A stretch of 64,000 nt of DNA, taken from assembly GCA_024679065.1 (NCBI GenBank), contig JAGIQG010000020.1, positions 45,322,001 through 45,386,000 of the forward strand, read 5' to 3'. Below, piece after piece: positions 51,001 through 60,117 of this stretch. This stretch comes from Sphyrna mokarran (taxonomy: Eukaryota). The number at the start of each line of letters is the position of its first letter. Position 1 is the first letter of the stretch. A program made the position numbers and the translations under genes. Under the pieces are notes generated by a model, which saw nothing but the letters and a program-made list of their open reading frames with translations, had not been told where the DNA came from and made no database searches.

Positions 51001-54000
51001 GATCATCATGGGATTCCGCCACAGAACTTTCCATGGAAACACTGCAGAACAAAATTACAACACAGCTGACCTGAACACACAGTCAATATTAAACAGAAAA
51101 TAATTCCAGCAGCCCCATTAGATCTGAAATTCATGTGTGATCCTCAAACTCAATTGTGATAGATGAATGCATATGTTCCACTAATGAACCTGCTTAATGA
51201 AATAATGACTATACCATGAAACTCAAAACTGATCACGATGCGAATGTAGCCATTTGAACAATCAGATATAGTTTCATTTTCCAAAGCTTTTTTAATCTAT
51301 TTATAGGATGACACATTGCTGTCAAAGACCTACTTTGTCCTTGTTAAGTGGCAGTGAGTCACCTTCACCACAATGGAGTAACTTGTTAGACCATTAGTCA
51401 GTACATTTTGGATGGTCTGAAAACACAGACCAAATCCTAATAATGACAACATATTTCCTTTCCTAAAGGATTAAGTGAACTAACTGTACTTTTATGACAA
51501 TCTAATAGTTTGCGATCAATGATGATGACTAGTTATTGCTGATTTTATTTAACTGCCATGGTCAGATCTGAATCCAGATCCCTAAATTAATTCCTGGTGC
51601 AGTGCTTTTACCTTGTTTCTATTGAAGGTGAAACATCTATAGAATAGAAAGCATAGTAAGCAGAAAAACTTGAGATGATTCCTGTAGAATAATCCAATGC
51701 AGCATCTAAGAATGTGGCTTCCCTCTTCCCTCATGTGGCAATTTGAGGCAAAGTTGAAAACTTCCTTCTTTAATGACTATACTGACATAATTCCAGAACA
51801 ATTCAAGCAGCTTCTGCTTTATAACAGCAACTTGAGGCATGCTGGCAGAATGGTTAGCACTGCTACCTCACAGCACTAGGGACCCGGCTTGGGTCACTGT
51901 GCAGAGTTTGCATGTTCTCGCTCCGGGTGCTCTGGTTTCCTTCCACAGTCCAAAATTATGCAGGTTAGGTGGATTGGCAATGCCCTTTAGTGTCACAGGA
52001 TGAGCAGGGTAAATGCACATGGTTGCAAGGGTAGAGCCCTGGGTGGGATTGTGATGGGTGAAAACTCGATGGGCCAACTGGCATCCTTCTGCGTTGTAAG
52101 GTTCTATAATTCTCCGATAATACAAGGCATTTTAAGGCCAGATAAACAGATACTTAATTGAAAAAATAGGTTTTAGGGCATGTCAAAAATGAGCAAGAAC
52201 ACGGGAAGGAATTCCAGAACTTAGTGCTGAGGCAGCAGGAAGCTTGATTGCCAATGGTGGAATTAAAACAAAATCATAATTTTTTTTAAGTGGCCAGAAT
52301 TAAAGGAGTGCTGCTACACATCCACACAAAATAGAATACAGCACTGACCCCACAATTACTAGAGGGTGGAGATCTTAATAACCAAAAGCAATTTGAACCC
52401 AACAATCCCAAAATTAGTTAACTTTGTGGGGAAAACCTCATCGTAAAAGGTCAGCCTATGCTGGAATTGAACAGGACAAACAAAGAACACAACATCTCAG
52501 AACTTGGAAATTCTTTCAAATCTTTTAATTGCTATTTAAAAAATTAACCCAGAAGTGCTGATGGCTGCTTGAGTAAACAATGGGGCAATAGGAAGGGAGA
52601 AAGCAAACAAAAGGGGAAAAAAAGGAATGGATTTTGAGGAGTGCCTGCCTGCTAGTCACTTTTAACTCATTCAACGGGCCAACAATCCACATGGTGCTAT
52701 GAATATCACTCATTTATATTGATAAGATACAGCAGCTTTCCAATGAAGCCATGAGCATTATTAAAACAAAATACTCAATGCTAAAACAGACATGACATTC
52801 AAGTTACGTGGAATAATTTTGTCTTGCATTATTATAAAAGAAATTCTGCCTGCAAAGTTCAATCTCAAATATTTGCTACCTATTAAAATCCACAACTGAT
52901 TTTAACAGAAGATTGTGCGTTAGCAGCTGCCCAATAAAACAATCTTTCAAGTTCTGTCTTGCCTTTGAACAGCTTCTGTAAAGCCGCTTAATCATATGGA
53001 TGGTGTGGTTACCTGCTGGAAATGCTGTCTCTCCGACTTCGCACTGCTCCATTCACCTCCTGCTGCTCAGTCTGGTGTTCTGCTGCTGCAGCTTGCAATA
53101 CCTCCCCAATAGAAGGGAACTGCCCCATATCATTTGATAATATTTCTTGTCCGTCAACAGTGTATGTATTTTTTTGCTTTATGTCCATTGAGGGCATGGG
53201 TCCATAAATACCACTGGTAGATATACTGCTGTATGAAGAGCTGTCACTTTCATTCTCATCTTGTCTCGTACCTAGCTCATCGATCTCAGAGCTGTTGTCC
53301 TCAATGTGTAACGAAGTTTCTAGTTTATCACCATTTTCTGAAGAAAAGCCTATTTCAGATATAACAGATGTGGATGAACCAGTCCTGATCTGGGACAGTG
53401 TTTCCACACTAGAAGACTTTCCCATGCTACTCATGGCCTCTGAACTATCTGTTTTATAATCAGCAAGGGATCGTATTTTGCTGGTCTTTGAACTCCTTGA
53501 GGTCTTTTCATCTCTGGAAACATTTGGCATTCCAAGGCTGCCCACCTTCGGTCCTCGTGGAACACTGGTTCTCAGGAAAGAGTATTCTGTCGTCAAGGCA
53601 AGGGTATTAGCTCTTGGAAGTACTTCTGGGTTGAACATCAACTCTGGGTCCAAAGTACTGGTCAGTCGGTTTTTTGGTGTTGATTGCTTAGACTGAAAGA
53701 TAAAAACAGAAATGCCACTTCAAAAAACTGCTCCTCAACAAGGCAGGGATTTGTTCTATATATAAAAAAAATGTGAATTCTCAGAAATTGCTACTAAGCA
53801 AAAAGAAAATGTTAACAGTGATTGCAGTTAAGACAATGGAAGAAAAATATTTAATTCAGCAATTTCTAGGTTCATAAATCAGTTCCACCAAGCCCTTTTC
53901 CTGCCCTCTATACCATTGAATTATTGATTTATTTTGCCCTTACAACATTTGCTTACAGTTCCCTCCTTGGCCTAGTTAGCCCTTTAGGTCTGATTGCAAA

Positions 54001-57000
54001 ACTCATTTTCCTGACTCCAGCATCCACCCTTACTTTTGCCCCATCATTAATGGCAAAGCCTGCCATCACAGCACAAACCTCTCTCTGACTTGTTACATTT
54101 ACCCAAACATGCAGGTGGGGTCTCGGATTAATGTCCCCCACCTGACACTTGCAATAGCACAGCACTGCTTCTGCACTGCACTGAGTGTCAGCTTAGATGA
54201 TGTGCTCAAATCCTGGAATGAGACTTGAACGCACAATCTTTTGACTTTGACGAATGCAAGACTGAATCAAGCAGTACAGGTTGATCACTGCAAGTTTGTA
54301 TAATTACAACTGAACAGAGATGAGTTGGCTCTTTTGCCCTGCTTCTCCCCGCTGTATCCGGACACACTTACTCTCTGCTGATGCCTTTGTACTCTGTACT
54401 GTTTGAGTTGCTCTTCAAGACGCCGTTGAGCCTGTGAACGTATCTGTTCTTCATTCTGTTCTTTCAAAGATGGATCCAGTGTACCTGATTACAAAACAAA
54501 ATCATGAATTCAAACCACCTAACTCTTCCTATAAAGAGAGCAATTACAATTATTTTAAAAATCTGTTCTTATTAACACTGCTTATATATAAAAATATCTT
54601 GTCAGACAGTTTGCAAACTAATGTGCTAAAGCTATAATCATTTTGTCACAAAGCTCTGTAACTTGAAATATTCATAAATGCTTAATCTTTTCTAAACTTT
54701 CATGTCACAGAAACCACAATTTCCAATCCAGACATGACTACCGCTCTTTCAGTGAACCAGCCTGATTTAACCTAGACCATCTAAAAATGTCACATGTCAA
54801 ATTCTCATTACTTCATTATAGTCATCTCCCTCCCATTTCATGTAGCTTTATAAAGCTAACCTAGTTCAATTCCTCTGCTCATCCCAGTCATCTACAGATC
54901 CAAAACACACTATTCAAAGCTAACTTATCATTAGACCTTTTCCCCCATTGTTTTAGAATTTATCCAATTGTCTGCTGGAAGTCACAGTTGGATTTGTTTC
55001 TGCTGCCTTTTCCAGTGATGTGTTCCCAATCATTACAAGTTGTAGCATTAAAAACAAATTTCACCTCCCCCATGCTTTGGCTCTTTTGCTAATTACTCTC
55101 AAATCTGGGCATTCTGGTTACAGGACCACCAATCAGTAGAAACAGTTTCTCCTTATTTCTTTTACCAATGTCCTTCATAATTTTGAATATTGAGGCTCTT
55201 GCCTCATCACGAAGAAGAAAATCACCTAATTTTACCAGAATCTAAACCTTCCCAATATTCCTGGATTTATAATCTGGTCAGGTTTTGTTGTACAAGAGAT
55301 ACCCAACAGTTTCAACAATAAGTAACAATTTGTTTTATTTTGTTAGAGAGTGGGCTGATGAGAGAGAGATAAAATCAAGCAGAGACTCAGAGTGGCAGTT
55401 CATTGGATTAACTGTACTGACAATTGTAAAGTTGAAAATTCATTACAACGTAAATGGAGCAAAAAACTTTAGTGTCATAAATGAATAGCAGTGAACGGAT
55501 TGGTTACATAAACTAACAAACAAGATTACCTAATTTTATTTAGCAATTTCTTATTATATTTATAAGGCAAGAATAAACTTACAAAGCAATTTTTTTTTAA
55601 AGAAAACACAGGCAGTGGGATGTTGGCATGACATTCATTTTCCATTTCCAGTTTCCCCAAGAACATCTCTTGGTACGGTTGGGCCTTCTGCCTTGTAACA
55701 ACGTTCACAAGGCTCACAGATTGCAGAATACTTTTACCAAGAGACAATCACCCCTTATGGGGTTCAGGTCATGTGAGAGCCAAAATAAGATAGGGAGGAG
55801 GAGATTCTTTTTCCTGAAGGACATTGGTGAACCAGTTACGTGTTTATGACAATCCAGTTATTTTTCCTGATGTTAGCCCATAAATTTATTTAAATAAATT
55901 TCACAACGTTGTAATCTGAATTGACAACATCTGGCTTGTCAGTCTAGTACCATAATGACCACTCTTCATTTGCTCGCTTCTCTTTCCACAAACAGTGGAC
56001 TGGTTTCATTGCTGTTTTTTTCCTGGTATAGATCGTATGTCTGTTGCCAGAGACAAAGTATGGCTGACCAGACTCTCCTCTGGGATCCATCCTCAGCATG
56101 TGAGTTAGCAAGGCAAGAAGTTATAATTGGCCTCAGTACCACAGAGTTTTGGGAGATGATTATTCTGGATTATTATCCAATGACTTTTGTTGACATCAAC
56201 TGAGGAGAAGATGGATTCAACTGTGATGTCAGATGACTACACCTACTGGACAGCAGCAGCTTCCTGAGTTAGTAGTCATCTATACACTGCCATTGAATGA
56301 ACCAGTACAATTTCACAGATCATATCACGCAGAAGGAACAGGCCTGAGGCCTGCTGAAGTAATGGTATGTTTATAGCACCCACGCCTAGGTAGAAGCGAG
56401 CATAATGCAACATTAATGACTTCAAAAAATTGTTCTCTTGTATCCAATGACATCAACTGAGAGAAACCGTTTAAATTAAAAAGTTAAACATCCAATCACA
56501 AAAGCAATCACATAGTCCTAAATGCTTTTTAAAAAAAGGTTACTTTTCTCTACAAACCAGCAGAACCGCTGACTGCCCCCAGTTTATAATCCTTAAAGTC
56601 CTACTGCAGTTAATTCCCAACATTGCGTCAGATCAAACAACGGCCTGACATTAGAGCACCTCCTTGTGGTGGAAACAAGTCACAACATATCAAACATTGG
56701 TAAAGTAATGGCTAAAGATCTCAGAAATGAGCTTAAATGCAGGAGGAGAGAATATTGGGTTTTCTTAAATGGCTACTCTATGTTTACTGGTACTTGCACA
56801 GTGGTTAGCACTGCTGCCTCTCAGCCCAGGTTCAATTCCAGCCTTGGGTGCATCTGTATGTGGAGTTTGCATATTCTCTCCATGTCCACGTGAGTTTCCT
56901 CCAGCTGCTCTGTTTTCTCCCACAGTCCAAAGATATGCAGGTTAGATTGACTGGCCATGCTAAACTGCCCTTAGTGTCAGGAGGATTAGCAGTGTAAATA

Positions 57001-59180
57001 CGTGGGGCTATGGGGATACAGCCTGATGTAGGCTTGATAGGCTGGATGGCTTCCTTCTGCAATGTAGGGATTCTATGATTCTAACCTTAAAAACTATAGG
57101 CATCCTTCAATTGCCAGATGAACGTGGTAAAGGAACAAAATAAATCTTTATCTACAAATCCCGCATGCAGTAAATCATCCCACAGACAAAATCCAAGAAT
57201 TCAGACATATCAATTGCCAAATACAGTAAACATGAATACCTCAAATTATGCTATAATACCAACAACTAAACTCATATTTGTATAAGCACACAAACAAGCA
57301 GCACAAAGCTGAAGCACAGTGCAAGAGTCAAAGGCAACAGGGTTTTAGAGCAGCAACATGTTATACAAAATGGGATTTGGTTTTGTGCTTTGTCACTTAA
57401 ATTCAAGAAAATTAAAACAAATCGCACACATACATTTATTTTTTGAACTTTCCATTCCATCCTTCATCCGTCTATTTCTTTCAACTGAATTTGGGAGATG
57501 GGGAAGGTACTTTTGCATAGCTTTCATCAACGTTATCCCATAATCTTAAGGTGGTAAAGGAAATGGGGCTGGTCTTACAGCTTCATTCCTTCGCCAATAT
57601 TGTCATGAAACACTCAATAACATTGAGGAATTCTATCTAAAGCTGCTGTTTATTCAGTCTCCTGTAACTTACAAATGTCATCCAAATAGTAAAAGGTCTG
57701 GACGGATGAACATAATTGAAATGACAATGTCAAAATTAACTTGGTTTGTTACTTTGCCACCATTTTAACAATGCAGGTAAAGAGCAGGCTTCCAAATTTG
57801 TTAGCCTCTGACGTATTTTTTAATTAGATTTTTACAATGTGTTTTATAACACTATAGTTTTAAACTGCTGACCTCATGTCATTAACTATTGTTATTTTTA
57901 AGACTGCACAGTGAAGGCACACAGGAGAGAACCAGTACCAACATCAAATAGGCAGCTGTATGTATGAAAATTTGTGATAATTTATAAATGCATTTTGCTG
58001 TACATCATTACACTGTTAAGGGAATACAATTAATGTATAGCAGCAAAAAAAAAAAATCAATATTATTAGTATTGTTTCATGGCGACTTCCATACCACAAA
58101 TTGAAACAAACTTCAACTTATCAACATTACTGCCTACGTCTGCAATAAATTCTTAAACTTCTGTTAACTCCCTATTACATAACAGGTTTAAATTGAAAAA
58201 TTGGTTTTCTCACTTGCAAATCCCTCTATGGCTTCATCCTACCTCTGCTCTCACCTTCAGCTCCATGTCCAATTCCAACCTCTTTTGCATTCCTCTTCCA
58301 ACCTGCTCTCAGTAGGGAATAGGGAAAAATAGATTTATGGGGTGAAACAATTTCCAAAATCATGAATGGAAATTGATTCCATCGAGTTATTTGTACTGAA
58401 GCAGAAGGCTACCTTGAGACATGAGATAGCTAAGGAAAATTCCAGCTTATAATGTAAACTACATCACTCCTAACTTACCCACTGTACTCCCATTCAGCAA
58501 GCTCAAATCCAAAATGGAATAGATGGATGTGTCCCTTATTTGTGCTGACACCAGTTGATATCTGTAAACTTCAATTTTTGGCTACTGACATTTGGAATAA
58601 AACAACTTTTCATGTCCCAACTTTTCCTTAAAAAGATATTTTAATGGTAGCACATGCACAGAAAGAGACAGCACATGGAGTTGCCAGCTTGATCAATTAA
58701 GCTTAAAAAGCATGCCAATTATGGCAAAGAGGAAAGTTCAAAAAAGGAGGAAGGAGGGTGGAAGAGCCACCACTGTAAATAAATGCTTACACAAATTGGT
58801 TTCTTGCATAGGAAGACTTAGAATGAGCGACTGCAAAGCTTCACTTTTTTGAACAAACATCTCAGATTTAGCTCCCTGAAGCTTCTTTAAGTTGTCATGG
58901 AAACCATCCACACCTGGGGAAGGCTCTGTGCTCTCATCAGATCTGCATTTTGGTGGCTGACTTTCTGGTGAGCTAGAGACAGTCTGGGCAATGCCAGAAG
59001 GCCCAGTGGACCTGCAAACGGACTTAGATCCATTCTGACAACCGTCTCCTTCACCATCAGCACCTTTATCACTGGAAGCACACAGTTGCTGGATCTTGCC
59101 CTCATGTTTGCCTGAGATCCTGCTGGCGTCCATAGCTGCTCCAAAGTTAGGCACTTTATCAGTATTGTTCACATAGGCAC
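20792..59180 (-). CDS. GOLGA3: Golgin subfamily A member 3 (golgin-160), spliced CDS, 22 visible coding exons; extreme N-terminus uncertain
   Basis: Spliced translation carries recognisable GOLGA3 blocks (ALQSLILSLPMQET, EYSFLRTSVPRGPKVGSLG, VMVEAYRRDA, HKAYESAVGILSRRLQEAL, KIPDCPVPASLLEELLRPP, QEMDSLQRQMEEH). All introns are GT-AG and phases chain without a break; total 4526 nt. Confidence 0.97.
21140..21310. repeat. Short fold-back element from Penelope-type termini
   Basis: Arms tcaggcagcatttgtggagagacag / ctgtttctcttcacaaatgctgcctga centred near 21249. Confidence 0.75.
21525..21690 (+). mobile_element. HE1-like SINE (3' truncated)
   Basis: gggcagcacagtgtttagcgctgctgcctcac...gtgtggagtttgcacgttctccccgtg. 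Confidence 0.85.
21695..22325 (+). mobile_element. CR1 LINE 3' fragment, interrupted by a palindromic element
   Basis: gggggatcttattgaaacttac...gatgggccaagtggcctaactctgttcttatatcttatgg. Confidence 0.8.
21793..22027. mobile_element. Palindromic Penelope-terminus-derived insertion
   Basis: Arms of about 90 bp with no spacer, centre 21935/21936; TSD-like tagaaaaaaataga / tagaaaaactgga. Confidence 0.85.
24310..24640 (-). mobile_element. Second SINE family with LINE-shared tail (also about 47270-47345 plus 48431-48690, 51290-51600, 55650-55960, 61650-61980)
   Basis: Recurrent gagggcagttaagagtcaaccacattg...gtaggccagac...ttccctaaaggacattagtgaacc block. Confidence 0.65.
24801..24964 (-). CDS. GOLGA3: GOLGA3 visible exon 21 (164 nt; not in ORF track)
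   Basis: Acceptor ttgaacag, donor AG|GTAAGT; SSNPVTPVKIPDCPVPASLLEELLRPPMAVSKEPLNNLHSCLKQL. Confidence 0.96.
25805..26112 (-). mobile_element. HE1-like SINE, full length
   Basis: Head, body and atcatagaatccctaca tail. Confidence 0.88.
26379..26543 (-). CDS. GOLGA3: GOLGA3 visible exon 20 (165 nt)
   Basis: Acceptor attttgcag, donor AAG|GTGAAT; KDKFMLQTKVSELRNTMKTLLQQNHQLKMDL. Confidence 0.95.
27265..28160 (+). mobile_element. 5'-truncated CR1 LINE
   Basis: WSPHYQKDVEGLKRAQRRFTKMLPG...LRGDLIEVYKIMR. Confidence 0.9.
28339..28461 (-). CDS. GOLGA3: GOLGA3 visible exon 19 (123 nt)
   Basis: Acceptor tctcttcag, donor CAG|GTGGGA; VEDLKWEVEQKERDLQALRQQL...KELEGLQEALQ. Confidence 0.95.
29052..29184 (-). 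CDS. GOLGA3: GOLGA3 visible exon 18 (133 nt)
   Basis: Acceptor tgttgcag, donor GAG|GTACAA; AQDKKHSQEVAQFQEELA...LLQKQLDEQLNKPATVNQE. Confidence 0.95.
29603..29645. repeat. 18-bp tandem duplication (2.4 copies)
   Basis: ATTCTG(T/C)AGTAACAAGTT twice plus ATTCTGC. Confidence 0.9.
30030..30290 (-). mobile_element. HE1-like SINE (internally deleted)
   Basis: gcagcagtgctaacca head and ggccatttggccc tail. Confidence 0.8.
30353..30492 (-). CDS. GOLGA3: GOLGA3 visible exon 17 (140 nt; not in ORF track)
   Basis: Acceptor atttctag, donor CA|GTAAGA; VSANKAEAGHNRRHYKAAALELSEVKKEL...QAEADKL. Confidence 0.95.
31313..31429 (-). CDS. GOLGA3: GOLGA3 visible exon 16 (117 nt; not in ORF track)
   Basis: Acceptor tttggatag, donor CAG|GTAAAT; VQAVLKRKEEEDQQMKQLVQALQIALEREKGNVNELKQQ. 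Confidence 0.95.
32599..32796 (-). CDS. GOLGA3: GOLGA3 visible exon 15 (198 nt)
   Basis: Acceptor ctctctcag, donor CAG|GTATGG; LQESRGYRKKIRRLEEANKKL...KREADLVQLNLQ. Confidence 0.96.
33885..34182 (+). mobile_element. HE1-like SINE, full length
   Basis: gtggcacggtgacacagtggttagcactgctgcctcacagcgccagggacctaggttcaatcc; Pol III A/B boxes. Confidence 0.9.
34668..34811 (-). CDS. GOLGA3: GOLGA3 visible exon 14 (144 nt)
   Basis: Acceptor taaatag, donor GAG|GTAAAA; ERIQALQLELQAVNHSK...REKVLDLEDE. Confidence 0.95.
35512..35773. mobile_element. MITE (PIF/Harbinger-like) inserted in a Penelope terminus
   Basis: TIR-like ggctggaattctc / ggagaattttgccc; 3-bp AAT duplication. Confidence 0.6.
35835..36715 (-). 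mobile_element. Old CR1/L2-group LINE 3' fragment interrupted by an HE1 SINE at about 36355-36655 (-)
   Basis: gagtattccatcacactcctga motif shared with 99-570; HE1 body inside. Confidence 0.75.
36741..36957 (-). CDS. GOLGA3: GOLGA3 visible exon 13 (217 nt)
   Basis: Acceptor tttttttcag, donor CAA|GTACGT; GISEQKTRMKKLGTDLSSAQKEMKAKHKAYESAVGILSRRLQEAL. Confidence 0.96.
37315..37675 (+). mobile_element. Rex1/Babar-like LINE 3' end
   Basis: IIKDPTYPGHSL-PLGKR...RFKNSFFSAAIRLLN; (AAATC)n tail. Confidence 0.75.
38116..38210 (-). CDS. GOLGA3: GOLGA3 visible exon 12 (95 nt; not in ORF track)
   Basis: Acceptor ttctaatag, donor AA|GTGAGG; SMQFDKNQLVALSHENEELKKHVELMQEEAK. Confidence 0.94.
38295..39510 (+). 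mobile_element. Older CR1 3' fragment split by a young CR1 (pieces 38295-38461, 39197-39510)
   Basis: Collinear CR1 C-terminus and 3'UTR on both sides of the insertion. Confidence 0.75.
38462..39196 (-). mobile_element. Young 5'-truncated CR1 LINE
   Basis: [37 protein letters not shown]; intact 3'UTR and (TTCTATG)n tail. Confidence 0.95.
39540..39803 (-). CDS. GOLGA3: GOLGA3 visible exon 11 (264 nt)
   Basis: Acceptor tctttcag, donor CAG|GTACAC; VMVEAYRRDANSKDQLINELK...ERDELSTELQ. Confidence 0.96.
39971..40048 (-). CDS. GOLGA3: GOLGA3 visible exon 10 (78 nt; not in ORF track)
   Basis: Acceptor tttttatag, donor AAG|GTATAT; IENMQQENTNFKKQTQKLKEQLVQQK. Confidence 0.94.
40180..41072 (+). mobile_element. 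5'-truncated CR1 LINE
   Basis: QRDLGVQVHSSLKVESQVDRVVKKA; CR1 3'UTR. Confidence 0.9.
42204..42572 (-). CDS. GOLGA3: GOLGA3 visible exon 9 (369 nt)
   Basis: Acceptor ccttttcag, donor CTG|GTAATT; VSLTLHQRELQLEALEQ...NEKIVLEVALQA...VAVKTGL. Confidence 0.96.
42850..43200 (+). mobile_element. Ancient DeuSINE (SacSINE1-like) remnant
   Basis: Head plus Deu-domain-like ...ccaacattcctccctcaaccaaaatcac...gctgtgagcaaat; inverted head copy at about 54110-54290. Confidence 0.55.
43453..43765 (+). mobile_element. HE1-like SINE
   Basis: Typical head, body and tail. Confidence 0.85.
43854..44015 (-). CDS. GOLGA3: GOLGA3 visible exon 8 (162 nt)
   Basis: Acceptor atgacag, donor CAG|GTGAGG; VDMLDQEKAFQQIQEAKAMVEDDL...LERQLEQ. 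Confidence 0.96.
44390..44722 (+). mobile_element. HE1-like SINE
   Basis: Typical head, body and tail. Confidence 0.88.
45062..45199 (-). CDS. GOLGA3: GOLGA3 visible exon 7 (138 nt)
   Basis: Acceptor ttcacag, donor GAG|GTGAAA; AGHMAQVAMLEHLKIENVSLSQ...LQNIE. Confidence 0.96.
45296..45597 (+). mobile_element. Putative solo LTR
   Basis: TGT start, two CCAAT boxes, TATAAA 45423-45428, ATTAAA 45507-45512, GT-rich downstream; no clean TSD. Confidence 0.5.
45882..46084 (-). CDS. GOLGA3: GOLGA3 visible exon 6 (203 nt)
   Basis: Acceptor ttctgcag, donor CAG|GTAAGG; QQMTVLQSQLQQVQL...AQEARVRLQSEMANVQ. Confidence 0.96.
46187..46440 (+). mobile_element. HE1-like SINE with alternative tail
   Basis: Tail ggcgactagggg..ttcacagtaacttc...taataaataaacttt, as at 7459-7748. 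Confidence 0.8.
46832..47062 (+). mobile_element. CR1 3' end fragment
   Basis: gtgaatctctggaattctctgccc...ggcctactcctgctcctatttcttatgttcttat. Confidence 0.8.
47345..48430 (+). mobile_element. Young 5'-truncated CR1 LINE inserted into a SINE
   Basis: ORF 47465-48055 GPLLFVIFINDLD...KFADDTK; intact 3'UTR; host SINE resumes at 48431. Confidence 0.95.
48690..49600 (-). mobile_element. Old CR1/L2-group LINE fragment
   Basis: AQMQQDLDNIQIWADKWEVTFVPHKCKTM. Confidence 0.8.
49735..50041 (-). CDS. GOLGA3: GOLGA3 visible exon 5 (307 nt)
   Basis: Acceptor ttctaag, donor G|GTATGT; GLKEKTELQAQLAALN...LEAKNASLA...EEQYQRLM. Confidence 0.95.
50930..51041 (-). CDS. GOLGA3: GOLGA3 visible exon 4 (112 nt; not in ORF track)
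   Basis: Acceptor ttctgcag, donor GAG|GTGAAA; VSMESSVAESHDDLMQILKEKMRLEGQLEALTSEANE. Confidence 0.95.
51835..52110 (+). mobile_element. HE1-like SINE
   Basis: Typical head and tail with internal deletions. Confidence 0.8.
53013..53692 (-). CDS. GOLGA3: GOLGA3 visible exon 3 (680 nt)
   Basis: Acceptor tctttcag, donor AG|GTAACC; STLDPELMFNPEVLPRA...EYSFLRTSVPRGPKVGSLG...RSRRDSISS. Confidence 0.96.
54372..54484 (-). CDS. GOLGA3: GOLGA3 visible exon 2 (113 nt)
   Basis: Acceptor taatcag, donor AGA|GTAAGT; (C)TLDPSLKEQNEEQIRSQAQRRLEEQLKQYRVQRHQQR. Confidence 0.95.
56797..57083 (+). mobile_element. HE1-like SINE
   Basis: gcacagtggttagcactgctgcctc...gtagggattctatgattcta. Confidence 0.85.
58791..59180 (-). 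CDS. GOLGA3: GOLGA3 visible exon 1 (390 nt, phase 1-1), N-terminal head; in-frame ATG at 59133-59131 in GCT-ATG-G context
   Basis: Acceptor tttttcatag, donor T|GTAAGC; CQNG...SPGVDGFHDNLKKLQG...EALQSLILSLPMQETNL. Confidence 0.9.
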
Positions 59181-59445
59181 CTATGAAAAATGAAGCACAG
59201 TTAGCAACTGGTACCACCCTAGTCCATCACTTAAAACCTGACACCAGCTCAAACCCAAAGTTCAATCTTAGTTTTCTACCCACTGGCAAGTTTGCATCAT
59301 TTTTTTTGAACATTCCATTTTGGATTTACAGTACAACTGGGGAGGAAACAAGTAAAAGTGAAAACTAAGACAAGTGAAACACAAATTTTCTCAGCTCAAA
59401 CCCACCCAAATTTTTGTTTTAATATGGATGGAAAATCAAACAGGG

Positions 59446-60117
59446 GGGTGTAATTCTCTGATCACGCTGCGCTAATTTTTTTAGTGCAGTGTGCCAAAAG
59501 ATTCCAGCAGGACCAACATGTGGGATGTCCTGCAATGATTGTGTCTCCCAGTGCCAGAGTTCCAGCGACATTACATCTGTGCTGGAAATTGGCAGGGAGG
59601 TGCATAAATTATGGAAATCAGCATTTCCATATATTTTGAATACAATTAGCAGCCCCAGGACTGGGCCCAGTAGCATCTCTTGCCATTCCCCACCAAAATG
59701 GTTTAGTCCAGCGAGGTTTACAGTAGCTCTCCACTTTCTGGGAATCAGTACCATGGCAGTGCTAACTTGTGCCCGGACATGCACAATCAGGACTCAGCAA
59801 TCAGGCCATGGATAGGCGGAGAGCCAGTGCTGCGGCAATTGCAGTGCTGGCTATCGAGTTGGCCAGAATCAGGAGACCAGCAGACAGGGGTCATTGCACA
59901 TCGGCACATGCGCAATGGCCCGCTTAGCACTTAGCAGCTGGCCTCCCGATTGCAAATAGGCCCCACCCTTGATTTTTGGAGTGATTTATGCTAGGGCACA
60001 CTACATCTACACAGAGTGTGGAAGATTCATTTTGAATCTTCTGCTAAAAAAAAGTGTTATTTACTCCTGTTTTCACGCAAATTTGAACTTAGAATTCTTC
60101 TGGGGAGAATTCTGTCT
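59446..60117. mobile_element. Putative non-autonomous DNA transposon (Harbinger-like)
   Basis: GC-richer block bounded by gggtgtaattctct / ggagaattctgtct, termini similar to 35512-35773. Confidence 0.5.

Noticed and set aside
34617-53696. Plus-strand ORFs such as 34617-35036, 39350-39814, 49824-50090 and 53478-53696
   Set aside because: Antisense shadows of GOLGA3 coiled-coil exons or TE sequence
56030-56280. Possible LF-SINE-like ancient repeat (also about 60680-60780)
   Set aside because: Similarity too weak to support by eye
58479-58561. Possible exon with strong donor GG|GTAAGT
   Set aside because: Weak acceptor, 83 nt and an in-frame TAA; at best a poison exon with no supporting evidence
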